A stretch of 64,000 nt of DNA from Chiloscyllium plagiosum. Lineage: Eukaryota. Under the pieces are notes generated by a model. It saw only the letters and a list, made by a program, of their open reading frames with translations, was not told the origin of the DNA and ran no database searches. A program made the translations under genes and the position numbers. The first letter of the stretch is position 1. Every line of letters begins with the position of its first letter. Location of the stretch: assembly GCF_004010195.1 (NCBI RefSeq), contig NC_057749.1, forward strand, positions 7,089,416-7,153,415, written 5' to 3'. Shown in pieces: positions 50,250 to 61,835 of the stretch.

Positions 50250-50670
50250 CACAGGAAACAGGAGCAGGAGGAGGCTATTTGGCCCATCGAGCCTGCTCCA
50301 CCATTCAGTAAGATCATGGCTGATCCTTGCGTGGTCTCAGCTCCACTTATCCGTGCTCTCACCGTAACCCTTAATTCCTTTACTGCTCAAAAATCTATCT
50401 GTGTCTTAAAAACATTCAAAAGGTCGCCTCAACTGCTTCACTGGACAAAGAATTCCACAGATGCACAATCCTTTGGGTCAGGAAGTTCTTCCTCAATTCA
50501 ATCCTAAATTTGCTCCACCTTATTTTGAGGTCATTTCGCCTAGTTCTATTTTTACCTGTCAGTGGAAACAACCTCCCTGATTATACCTTGTCTATTCCCT
50601 TCATAATTATATATGTGTTTCTAAAACATCTCTCTCATTCTTCTAAGTTCCAATGAGTATAGTCCCAATT
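50250..50670 (-). mobile_element. CR1 3' fragment
   Basis: gagcctgctccaccattcagtaagatcatggctgatc. Confidence 0.8.
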
Positions 50671-51467
50671 GACCTTGACATTCTTGGGTCATTCAGGGGA
50701 AAGAAAACACAGCCATACACAAGCCTGCCATTGCTGACCTCTGACCTGTCAGAAAATGCCTATGTGTGGGCCTTGGGCTGAACTGGATGGACCTGAGGTG
50801 TCTTTGGTTGGAAACATCTAGTCTCACGATGGTATCTGAGAAAAAGAGGTCCCATCAAACCTGTGGCCTTTGTCCTCAATGCCAATTGTCAGGGGAGGAA
50901 ATCTGAGCAAACAGACATCACTGCTTTTGATCTATGCACAAGTAATTCCCATCTTTTTCTGACACTGCTGAATGGAAGTATCTTTCAAGTGACAATCTCA
51001 ATTACTGTGCTGCATCGACGGCAGCCAAGTCCACTTGTATCAATGTGGTACAGTCAACCACACTGAGTACTTGCCAAGTGTTAATATTTTGTTGTATGCG
51101 CATTGAAGTGGATGGATCCACTTGCTGGGAAAAGAGAGAAGACCTGATCCTGTTGAATCTTTGTCAAGTGACTCTTTCTGTGATGTGAATAGTGATTGAG
51201 ATTCCAAAACCATTTTCTACATTTTAACCGCCGTATTCAGTCCTGTTAGCAACATTTTAAACAGAGCCTTGCAGACAGAGAGGGAAAAGTGATTTTCTCC
51301 GGTCTGATTAGCTGTACAACTCAGCTTTGGTAACAATCAAAGGGGCTTGTGAATTTCAGAGCATTAATGGTACATTGTTGAAGGTTGGATAACCAACAGC
51401 ACACACCTCAAAGCACTGAAGAAGTGCGATCTTTGCAAGATTTTTCAGGCTCAGTGGCAAGATGAAT

Positions 51468-51810
51468 GGGGTGGCATGGTGGCTCAGTGCTGCTTCACAG
51501 CGTCAGAGACCCAATTTCGAGTCCAGCCTTGGGCAACTGTCTGTGGGGAGTTTGCACATTCTCCCCGTGTCTGAATGGGTTTCTTCTGGATGTTCCAGTT
51601 TCCTCTTGCAGTCCAAAGATGGTCAGGTTAGGTGGATTGGCCATGTTACATTGCCTATAGTGTCCAGGGATGTGTAGGCTAGGTGGGTTAGCCTTAGGAA
51701 ATGCCGGGTTACAGGGATAGGGTAGGAGGTGGGTCTGGGTGGGATGCTCTTTGGAGGGTCGGTGCAGACTCAATGGGCCAAATGATCTGCTTCCACACAG
51801 CAGGGATGCT
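51468..51810 (+). mobile_element. HE1 V-SINE
   Basis: Head, V-domain and tail. Confidence 0.9.
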
Positions 51811-51869
51811 ATTTAAGGGGACCAATTGTAGTCTCTTCTCCCAAGCCTAGTTGTCTGAGGTGTCAGTCA

Positions 51870-52568
51870 CTCTTGGTAGTATGGATGAGCAGAGAAATCT
51901 CGGTGTCCATGTGCATAGATCCCTGAAAGTTGCCACCCACGCTGTTAGGGTTGTTAAGAAAGCATACGGTATGTTAGTTTTTATTGGAAGAGGGATTGTG
52001 TTTTGGACCCATTAGGTCATGCTGCAGCTGTACAAAACTCTGGTGCGGCCGCACTTGGAGTATTGCGTAGAGTTCAGGTCGCCACATTATGGAAAGGACA
52101 TGCAAGTATTGGAAAGGGTGCAGGGGAGATTTACCAGGATGTTACCTGGTATGGAGGAAAGGTCTTATGAGGAAAGGCTGAGGGACTTGAGGCTATTTTT
52201 ATTAGAGAGAAGGTTAAGAGTTTGACAAGATGATCAGAGGATTAGATAGGGTGGACAGCGAGAGCCTTTTTCCTTGGATGGTGATGGCTAGTACGAGGGG
52301 ACATAGCTTGAAACTGAGAGGTGATAGATATAGGACAGATGTCAGAGGTAGTTTTTTTACTCAGAGAGTAGTAGGGCATGGAATGCACTGCCTGCAACAG
52401 TAGTGGACTCACCAGCTTTAAGGGTATTTAAATGGTCATTGGATAAACATATTGATGATAATGGAATAGTGTAGATTAGATGGACTTTAGATAAGCTTCA
52501 CAGGTTGGCACAACATTGAGGGCAGAAAGGCCTGTATTGTACTATAATGTTCTATGTTCTATGTTCTA
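51870..52568 (+). mobile_element. CR1 ORF2 3' fragment
   Basis: LYKTLVRPHLEYCVEFRSPHYGKD; ttctatg-repeat tail. Confidence 0.9.
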
Positions 52569-52740
52569 AAACTGTCTCCATTGAGTGGGACATGTTATTT
52601 GTATGTCTCAACTAGACAGACAAAGCAACTGCTCTACTTGGAATTCAGTTGTGGTAGGGAACCCCCAAGCAGACATTGGAAATGCCCTCGGGATGTCTTC
52701 AAAGCATCTTTGAGGTGGTCAGACCTGCCCACAGACTCAC

Positions 52741-52760
52741 CGGGAGCCCCCAGCTTGTGA
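52741..52760 (-). other. Candidate 20-nt micro-exon
   Basis: tgtctctgtttggtgctttccccattacag| acceptor and CCG|gtgagt donor. Confidence 0.3.
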
Positions 52761-53169
52761 CTGTAATGGGGAAAGCACCAAACAGAGACAAGGTCCTGGC
52801 AATAAGTCATAGCACAGGCAAGCCATCAGAGGGGGGCACACAAAAGTGCAAACAACGCACCTGCTCAATTCTTCAAGCACCAATTGATGTGGCAGAGGCT
52901 GCAGGTTGTGCCCAAGACATCAGCTGTTTTGGAAGCTCAAGGAACTGGGCTGGAAGGAAGCTATCCTAGACCCTGAGGAACCAACTGAATAGGTTCACCG
53001 TCTTACAATTGGAAAAAGTGATAACACTGGCATATGAAATGCAATGATCCAACTTGCTCTTTTTTTATGCTTCAAAATGGACCTTCAGTATGACAGGTAC
53101 ATTCACATCCATGGTTTTTACTATTTTGTCCCTCTGCGTGTCATGTTGAGGAGAAGAATGAATGGAAAA

Positions 53170-53720
53170 ATGAATTTGTAGCACGCTTTATCTTGCACTC
53201 TTGAAGTTTATCCAAGTTTTTTTTTTAAACAACGAGTTAAGTTCTGTCGCAGGCAAAAATAAAAGCGTGCAGTAAGATCCAACAAACAGCAAGTGGGAGA
53301 TTAACGACCAGTTAATTCATTCTTGGTTGAGCTTGAGAATGCTGGTGAGAGCAGCTCCCTGTAGGGCTATGGGATCTTTCATGTCCATTTGCACAGGATT
53401 ATGTTCTCAAACTGGCGTGAAGCTTACTGCCACAATCTGTGACTCACCGGCGAGTGCCACCCATTGAATCAAACTGAAGAAAGGAAGTTAAAAAAGGAAA
53501 GGAGATTTGCATTTAGATTGCATCTCACTGCATCCCCAGGATGTCCCAATGTGTTTTGCAACCAATGAATACCTTTCGAAATGCAGTCAATATTTAATGC
53601 ATGCAAAGCACAGAATCAAATTTGCTCCTAAATGGAAAACAAGGAAACATCAGGACCACCAGTAACAATTGTGAACGCTGAATGGTGAATGTTCGTCCAT
53701 AGAACTCCTCACCCTTCTTT
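53170..53720 (-). mobile_element. Two decayed Deu-domain SINEs
   Basis: ctatgggatctttcatgtcca; ttgcatttagattgc...caggatgtcccaa...ccaatgaa. Confidence 0.55.
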
Positions 53721-53724
53721 GAAT

Positions 53725-54200
53725 ACCTTACAGTCACGGAGGTCACAAAAAATAATGGCCCTTCACTCCCTTGTGTCCGTGCTGGTCAAAAACATGCACC
53801 TAGTTATTCTAATCCCATTTTTCCTGTACTTGGCTCATATCTTTGTATGCCTTCTGCATCTCTAAACATTTCTTAATGTTGTGGGGGTTTCTGTCTCTCC
53901 CACCCTGACAGACAGGCAGTTCCAGATTCTCACCAACCTCTCAGTGAAAAAGATTTTCCTCACAAATCCTCCAAACATCCAGCCCATTGCCTTAAATCTA
54001 ACCTCTTGGCTATTGATCCATCCATAAAGGGAAAAAAGTCTCTTGATATCTATCCTGTCCAGGCTTCCTCATAATTTTATACATCTCAATCATCTCCTCT
54101 GCTTCAAGGAAAACCAACCTTGTCTATCTAATCTCTTTTCATTAGTAAAACCCTCCAGCCCGGTGATATCCTGGTAAATCTCATCTTCTACATCCATTAA
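53725..54200 (-). mobile_element. CR1 3' fragment
   Basis: gttccagattctcaccaacctctcagtgaaaaag. Confidence 0.8.
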
Positions 54201-54365
54201 TACTTAAATGTGCCACTCATCCTGGCTCAAAGAAACAAAGCTTAGACAGCCATTACATATGCCTCCTACCTTCTTTGCCTGCACCCACAAACCCAAGATA
54301 TTTGAACATATACTTGACAACACACTCTGTGTTTTGGTTTTTTACAGACTTGTCAAGGTGAAGGC

Positions 54366-54401
54366 AATTCTGATGAAGGGCTTTTGCCCGAAACGTCGAT
54401 T
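54366..54401 (+). ncRNA. Minimal hammerhead ribozyme (family A), intact core
   Basis: aauu-CUGAUGA-A-GGGC-uuuu-GCCC-GAAA-CG-UC-gauu. Confidence 0.75.
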
Positions 54402-54496
54402 TTCCTGCTCCTCGGATGCTGCCTGATCTGCTGTGCGTTTCCAGAACCGCTCTAATCTTGACTCTAATCTTCAGGGTCTGCAGCCCTTACTTTCTC
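54369..54496 (+). mobile_element. 128-bp PLE family A insertion with perfect 15-bp TSD
   Basis: caaggtgaaggcaat at 54354-54368 and 54497-54511. Confidence 0.9.
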
Positions 54497-55169
54497 CAAG
54501 GTGAAGGCAATGTCAAGGACTGTCATCAGAATTAGACTTCCAAGTTATACTATTTATTATCCATTAATATTGAATACTACTACACATAGTAATCACACAT
54601 ATATTAGGCTGCTGCTTATAGTTACATTCGATGAGGACTAATCTGAACTATTCGTGTGTCTGCATCCATGGTTAGGTTGACATAGTCCTCGACTCTAAAG
54701 TGTAGAGTGCAGTCTAGTACTGTTCCTTCTAAGGCGATGAAACTCCACTTGCCTTGCTACTTATACGCAATGATGTGCAATTCCTTTATACCATCACAAG
54801 GTCGCTCCAGGGTCTGAATACTCTGATACAACACTGGAGTCATTCAACGTCATTATCAGTGCAGTCAAAATGGTAAGGCATCATCCCCATGTCTCTTTCC
54901 CTGGGTTGCTAACAACGCTATGCTCACAGAGCGTGAGGTTTGAAGATTGTGCCATTCAAGGTCACAAACCTCCACTCTCCTCAGAGTTGGGTAGGTCTGA
55001 CAGGGTTGGACAGGTGAACGAGCACAGCTCAGCAGGGCATCTGATTTCTGTTGTAGGATGGAGGTTGAGCTTGTGGTGGACATCAGCGCTATATCAGAGT
55101 TCTTAGGCTTGCCGCCTGTATCTGGAGCATGGTAATATTTGAGCATAACTCTAGACAAGTGGCAAATAA

Positions 55170-55505
55170 TGGGGTGGCAAAATGGCTGACACTGCTGCCT
55201 CACAGCGCCAGTTACCCAGGTTTGAGTCCACTCTTGGGTGACTGTCTGTGTGGAGTTTGCACATTCCCCTTGTGTCTGTGTGGGTTTCCTCCGGGTGCTG
55301 CAGTTTCCCCCCACAGTCCAAAGCTGTGCAGGTCAGATGATTGGCCATGCTAAATTGCCTATAGTGTCCAGGGATATGCAGGCTAAGTGGATTGGCTATG
55401 GGAAGTGCAAAGATTAGAGGGATGAGGGAGGTGGGCCACTCTCCAGTGTGTCGGTGTGGACTCAATGGGCCGAATGGCCTGATTCCACACTGTAGGGGTT
55501 CTATG
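55170..55505 (+). mobile_element. HE1 V-SINE
   Basis: Head, V-domain and tail. Confidence 0.9.
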
Positions 55506-55720
55506 AAAGTTACCATAGTCCTACGAGATCATGGGGCTGCCCTCTCATTATAGAGAGGAGGTGGCTAAATCTGCGCGTCACCACCCCACAGTGAGGGGAG
55601 AGATAGAAAAGGAGAATCCTTCATGATAACCTCGGCCGGTGTGGGAACTGAATCCATGTCACTAGAGTTACTTTACATTACAAACCAGCCATTCAGCTAA
55701 CTGAGCTAGCTGACCCCCAA
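55506..55720 (-). mobile_element. SINE family 4
   Basis: ccatagtcctac tail ... caaaccagccattcagctaactgagcta head. Confidence 0.7.
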
Positions 55721-55869
55721 ATGCACACAGCTGATCCACCTCCTTGAAACAGTTTGAAATATTGTTACAAAATTAAACAATTCTACATGCCAATCTTTCC
55801 CAATTCACTCTCTAAGTTCTGACCTGAACTTTAACACAATTTGAATAAAATATCCAAGCTGAAACCTTT

Positions 55870-56290
55870 TATTAATACCACACCTGAGGTCAAGTGTATA
55901 GTTTTGATCTCCTGACTGAAGGAAGGATGAATTTTTATTGGGAGTAGTTCAGAGAAGGTTCATTAGACTGATTCCCGGGATAAGGGATTCGTTTATTACT
56001 TGTTGAAGTTCCGATGTGACCTTATTGAGAAGCCTAAGATTCTGAGGGGGTCTGACAGGGTGGATGCTGAGAGAATGTTTGCCCTCATGAAGAACTGGCA
56101 GACACAGCTTCAAAATACAGAGTCTCCCATTAGAGATGGTATAACGTGATACTTCTTTCAGAAGGTCTGTTGTGTGTGGAAATCCCTGCCCCGAAGAGCA
56201 GTGGAGGCTGGATCACTGAACATCTTCAAGGCTGAGTTTGAACGACGTTGGATCATAAGGGTCAATGACCAAAAGTATTGGGGAAATGAG
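55870..56290 (+). mobile_element. Old CR1 3' fragment
   Basis: gttcagagaaggttcattagactgattcc...gcagtggaggctgg. Confidence 0.8.
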
Positions 56291-56304
56291 GTAGTCAGTG
56301 AATA

Positions 56305-56690
56305 AAGGAGAGAGATAGAGAGAGAGCTAGAGAGAGAGGTAGAGCTAGAGAGAGAGAGAAAGAGAGAGGTAGAGAGAGAGAGAGAGACAGGATGGGAGAG
56401 AGAGCAGGAGAGAGGGCGGGAGAGAAAGACGCTGAGTGAGATAGAGAGATAAATTCAGAGGTAGAGAAAGGCAGTGAACAAGAGAGTCAGTGAGTGGAGG
56501 GAGAGAGAGAGATAAAGATAGAGATGGAGAGAGAAAGATAGAGAGGGAGAGAGAGAAAGAGAAGGGCAATGAATGAGAGAGTCAGTGGAGGGGGGGAAGA
56601 CCGAGTGATAGAGAGAAATAGAGTGAGAGAGTGAGAGAGTCAGTGAGTGAGAGAGTCAGTGAATGAGAGAAAGAGATGGCTAAGAGAAAG
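56305..56690 (+). repeat. Degenerate (GA)n tract
   Basis: Direct inspection; similar tracts at 59960-60001 and 60230-60360. Confidence 0.95.
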
Positions 56691-57455
56691 GAATAAGACA
56701 CCTGAAGAGTGAAGAACAGGTAAGAGAAGTGGTCAGTGACAGGATAGCTGATTGGGAGAGAGGGATGGCAAGTCAAGTTGATAGAAAGGCACCAAGGGGA
56801 AAGGTACGGAAGGGATGAGTGGGAGAAGTGGAGAGTGAGGAGATGGCAGAGTAAGGGAACAGTGAGCAAGTTGACCACTCGAATGTCAAGTGAGGGTTAT
56901 GTGGTGAAGACCACTGACAAACATATACTTCACACACAATTAATCTGCAGAATTCTGAGAAAAAATATCACTTTTGCTTTTATTGTTTTCGATCATGTTT
57001 CCTCATACTTGCATTTCTTGCCACTGGGTCCTGTGATGTTCTGTAAACCGTCGTGCAAAACATTGTGAAAGCAGAAGGCCCGGCGGTAAGTGTATAAACT
57101 AACCTCATTATATTCATGATATAACAAATGAAGCAGCTTAAAATGGGTCCTTACTGTATTGGCTTGCTGCTGGTTCCCTTTGGTTACACAGTGAAGTGTC
57201 TTGTGGTATTTTCTGACATTAAAGCCGCTTATATAAATACGAGTTAGAATTGCTGTTAAGTTAGTCAAGAGCCTTGCCTCTTGTAAGGACTCATCGTGAG
57301 TTTAGAAACAGGGGTCTTCAAATGCCTTAAGGCACTTCTGCCTCTTCTAAGATACGGATAGAAAATCCTGCAAGGGAAGGGTACTCCACAGTTCCAAATA
57401 TGTAATTCTGCTCTTAAGGAACTTTACAAAGCCAAAGCACAGCCTTGCCTAACAA

Positions 57456-57640
57456 GGTCAGAAGTCACACCACACCAGGTTACAGTCCAACAGGTTTATT
57501 TGAAATCACAAGCTTTCGGAGAGCTGCTCCTTCATCAGGTGAATGTTTGTGATTTTAAATAAACCTGTTGGACTATAACCTGGTGTTGTGTGACTTCTGG
57601 CTTTGTCCACCACAGTCCAACACTGGCACCTCCACACCAT
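57456..57640. mobile_element. PLE family D palindromic insertion
   Basis: Arms cagaagtcacac...caggtttatttgaaatcaca / tgtgattttaaataaacctg...gtgtgacttctg; taacaa at both flanks. Confidence 0.8.
57506..57542 (-). ncRNA. Minimal hammerhead ribozyme (family D), intact core
   Basis: ucac-CUGAUGA-A-GGAG-cagcu-CUCC-GAAA-GC-UU-guga. Confidence 0.7.
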
Positions 57641-58819
57641 CGCATAACAATGGGTGTGAATTGACTCTAATCATCATGGAGTCATACCACTTTGACAGAA
57701 TTAACCTGAATGGAGGGCAAAATAGTTGGTTGTGGTCACATTAACACAATGAGTACATTTTCTTATTAATATAAAGTCCTTCAAATACAATGGGTATTTT
57801 TCCTTAATGTAAAATACTTATCATGATATCACCGTAAAATTATCCTGCATGTTTTTTTTCATTCCCACTCGGTTCTCATTGTGCTCAAAATCAAAGTTTA
57901 TCTCATCGGTTGTTTCATCCCATTAACTGAATACTTCATTTTATGGTAAGGCACCACGTTTTATTCCAGATAGCAGCTGAAATCGGACAGACCTGAATTA
58001 TCCTCAGCCATCGTTCTGAGCTACAAATTTTTTTTTTTAAAAGATAACACTGCAAAAAAAAAAAGCACTTTCTGTCTCTGAACAATTTCCACTCCATTCG
58101 AAAACCCACACACACACACAAAAAAAAATCACGCAACAGAAAATTATTTTGATATTCGCTGCTGATAAGTAAATAAAATGAGAGCAGCAGGTTATTCACT
58201 GTGTACAGGGGCTGGCTATCCTTGAAAATTGAATGTTCTTGCCCTCTACTGATAAAATTTAGATAGCGCTGTGTCTGAAGAGATACCAAAGACTGCTGTA
58301 ACTCAGATCTGTCATTCCACTTTACATTACACTAAACAAAATGGATTATAACCTCTTATTAAGATTTAATTTTCTTCTTTTATGGCTGTTTCTTTTGTGA
58401 AGCTTGAGTTTCTTTTTTGGCCATCTTGCTGGCCTGCCCCTCAGGATTTATGTGTGACTTATATTTAAAAAAAAAAATTCATGCATTTGTTTTGGCATTT
58501 GTGGTGGGCCTTCCACCAGGCAGCTCTCAGCCACCCATGTGCTGCTCCAAGGACCTGTCCTTCATCAATGCTGCAACAACAACATGCATTTATGGAGCGC
58601 CTTGAATGAGAGAAATTGTTTCAAAGTGATTCACATGAGTATTGGTCAATCCAGATTCAATAGTGATCCACATAGGAGGGTATTTGCACAGAAGACTAAA
58701 GGCTTGGTCACTGAAATGGATTTGGAGGAGCTTCATAAATGTAGAGAAGTTAAGGATTGCAGGTACCTAAGGCATAGCAATCAAAGATGGAACAGTGAAC
58801 ACTTCCAGGGGATATGTGA

Positions 58820-59275
58820 TGGCGTTAGAGGAATATTATTCTAGGGACGAGGAATGCCAGTTGTGGAGAGGTTAGAACTAGTTTTTTTCTCAGAACAGAG
58901 AAGGTTGAGAGGAGATTTAATTGAGGGTTGCAAAATTACGTTGGGGTCTGGAGAGATAGGGAGAAGCAGTTCTTACTGGTGGGTGGATTGAATAGAAGAG
59001 GTCACAGATTTAAGGAAACTGGCTAAAAACAAGCAATGAAGGCACAAGGAAGTCTTTTTCACATTGTGAGTGGTTCGGGTCTGAGTTGCATTGCCCAAGA
59101 GTGTGGTGGAGGCTGGTTCACTCAAGGTGAATGGGAAGGAGCTAGTTACTTTGAAAGGAGGAATGGACGTGGTTACACTGAGTAAATGGGGAGCAGCTCC
59201 TGGTGAATTGTTCCTTTGGAGAGGAAGCAGAGATGCAGTGGGCTGAATGGCCTCTCTTCTGGGCTTTAACTCTGC
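58820..59275 (+). mobile_element. CR1 3' fragment
   Basis: cagagaaggttgagaggagatttaattgag...gtggtggaggctggttca. Confidence 0.8.
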
Positions 59276-59285
59276 TGTGATGCTC

Positions 59286-59470
59286 GTTGAAAAGTATGGC
59301 GTTGGAAAATCATAGCAGGTCAGACAGAATCCGAGCAGCAGGAGTATCGACGTTTTGGGCATAAGCCTTTCATCAGGAATGCTCCTCAGATGTTGGCTGA
59401 CCTGCTGTCCTGTTCCAGCGCCACACATTTCGACTCTGATCTCCAGCATCCGCAGTCTCACTTTCTCCTA
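59286..59470. mobile_element. PLE family A inverted pair, decayed core
   Basis: RC cctgatgaaaggcttatgcccaaaacgtcgat; gatgct at both flanks. Confidence 0.8.
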
Positions 59471-60519
59471 GATGCTGTCATCCTATACAAGTTGGGGATG
59501 TGCAAGACTCCAGTGCTGAAGGAACTGTAGAGCTGACAGAGGTTACAGAGGGTTTACAGTGGAAGGAAAAAGCTTTCCTTGATGCAGTGTGCTCCTCATT
59601 TCAAAACAGCTTAACTTGGATTATGCTAATTTGATTGAAGTCATGCAAAAAGGCACCCTCATGTTGTTTTATTAAATTGCTTCATTCATAGTACTGGATA
59701 ATTACATTTCTTTTCGAGCGAAAAATGACTTCAAATGAACAGGAATAGACTCTGCATCATTTCTGGTATTTACACAGAAGCTGAATAAGATGCCATCTCT
59801 ATCTGGAACATCTGGTTCAGCTCATAATGGGTTCTTCAAAGGGGGGCTTTGCCTGCGCTGAAGCAAAAGTGTCCTCTGGCATTAGCAACTCGCCGCTTCT
59901 CATTGTCAATTGCTGCCAGTCCTCCTCACACATGTTTTGAACTGGGGGTGGGGGTGGGGGGACAGAGAGAGAGAGATGGAGAGAGAGAGAGAGAGAGAGA
60001 GCTTCTGTGCCAAAGGGAGGGTTATAAAGAAATCGAGTAATCTACGTAGAGAAGGATGGTGCCCAAATTATGCTGAACAGAAACAAAAACAAAATGTTCC
60101 TGGTTTGAGTGAGATACTGTGTCAATCTGAAAGGAGGTGGGGTAGGGGTGGTGGGGGAGGTGGAATTCTACAAATTGATGGCTCCCAGGGCTGGTGATTG
60201 ATGTTCTCAATAGGGAAACGACCAGACTATAGAGAGTGAAAGAGAAAGACAGAGAGAGGCAGAGGTAGAGATAGAGAGCAAGTGAGAGACAGCAAGAGAT
60301 AGAGAGAAAGAGAGATAGTGAGACAGAAAGAGGGATAGAGACATAGAGAGAGAGAAGGAAAAATGACTGCATTTATATAGTGCATAATCAGCAGACAACC
60401 AAAGGCACTTTCCAGCTAAAGAAATCCCAATTTCATGTGCAATCCCTTTGCAGTGCAGAAAAATCAGCAAACCAATGTGCGCATAGCAATCTCCCTCAAA
60501 CAGCAATGTGATAATTAAC

Positions 60520-60780
60520 TTGAACACACGCACCAACAGGTTCAAGAGCAGCTTCTTCCCTGTTGTTATTAGACTGCTGAATGGAACTCTCTAACTTCAA
60601 ATAATGTTGAACCTGCTTTGTGCAACTCCAGTACAGTGTAACCTTGTATGCCTTGCTCTGTCTAAGCACCCTCTGATCTGGATGTCCTTATTTGCTCTGA
60701 TCTACCTTACTACTGCTCACAAAACAAAGCTTTTCCCTGTACCTAGGTAGATGTGACTACAATAAATGAAATCAAATCAA
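60520..60780 (+). mobile_element. Rex/Babar 3' tail, inserted next to a Deu-SINE remnant (60360-60515, -)
   Basis: accaacaggttcaagagcagcttcttccct...aaatcaaatcaa. Confidence 0.75.
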
Positions 60781-61589
60781 CCTGAGGGCTGCCTGTAGAT
60801 GGTAATTTTCTGCTTTCACCAAATGTTTCCCAAGGTGACCCCACTTCGAGGTTTGGACATTGTGGTGACCCCCTCAATGAGACTGGTGGGAGCTTGGAGG
60901 TTAAGAGTGTTGGCTCTGTGAAAGTTGTTGTAAATCAGCCACTGTTACCTTAACACTCACGAACGCAAGCGTTCAGCTTACGAATCTACTTGGGATGCCA
61001 ATCCCCTTGCCCCGCACAGGATATCGGTGACATCTGTGATTTTCATATTTTAATAGGAACCAGTGAATTGCAATGCTGAGGAGTGTCTGCCACAATTCTG
61101 AAATTCCATTGACCTGAAACTGAATTTAAATTAGTCAGCACCCAGAAACCCATAGCCATGAATGGCAGCCCACTCATATACACAGCCAAGAACACCATCT
61201 TTACAGCGTTAGAGGAACAGAAATCACAGGACTTGTTCTCAAGATCAATAAAAATATCAGATTTTTGTGTTTTAGAAAGAAACATGGTAAGTTGGCATGT
61301 TCAGTGACCATGAAACAGTGATCTTGATGACAGCTGATGTCTCAATGTTTGTAAAAGCCTCTCTCTCAGTGTAATCATATGTGAAAATGTCGAGTCAGTG
61401 GTCAGCATTCTAATCAGACGCTGAAGAGAGACTTCAAGCTGTGTGAGTTTGAGACCTTGGTTACTGGAGCAAACTTGGATTCATGCAGCTTCTCTCTACA
61501 CTTTTAAACACTCCAAAAGGATGTTTGAAGTTTAATCGCGGCTGTATTTTTCATATTAACTCGTCGTACGTGGGTGTCTCTGGCTGGCT

Positions 61590-61835
61590 AGGATGGAGGG
61601 GAACCTGCAGGTGGTGGTATTCCCCTGTAACTGCAGGGAGAAAGTGAGGACTACAGATGCTGGAGAGCCAGAATCGAAAAGGGTGGTGTTGGAAAAACAC
61701 AGCAGGTTAGGCAGCATCCGAGGAGGGGGAGAGTCGACGATTCGGGCAGAAGCCCTTAACTGCTGCCCTTGTCCTTTCAAATAGAAGTGGTCGTGGGTTT
61801 GGAAGGTGCTGTCTGCACTGCATCTAGTAGACAGT
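61590..61835 (-). mobile_element. CR1 family 2 piece with nested PLE family A (61635-61757)
   Basis: taactgc duplicated around the insert. Confidence 0.75.
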
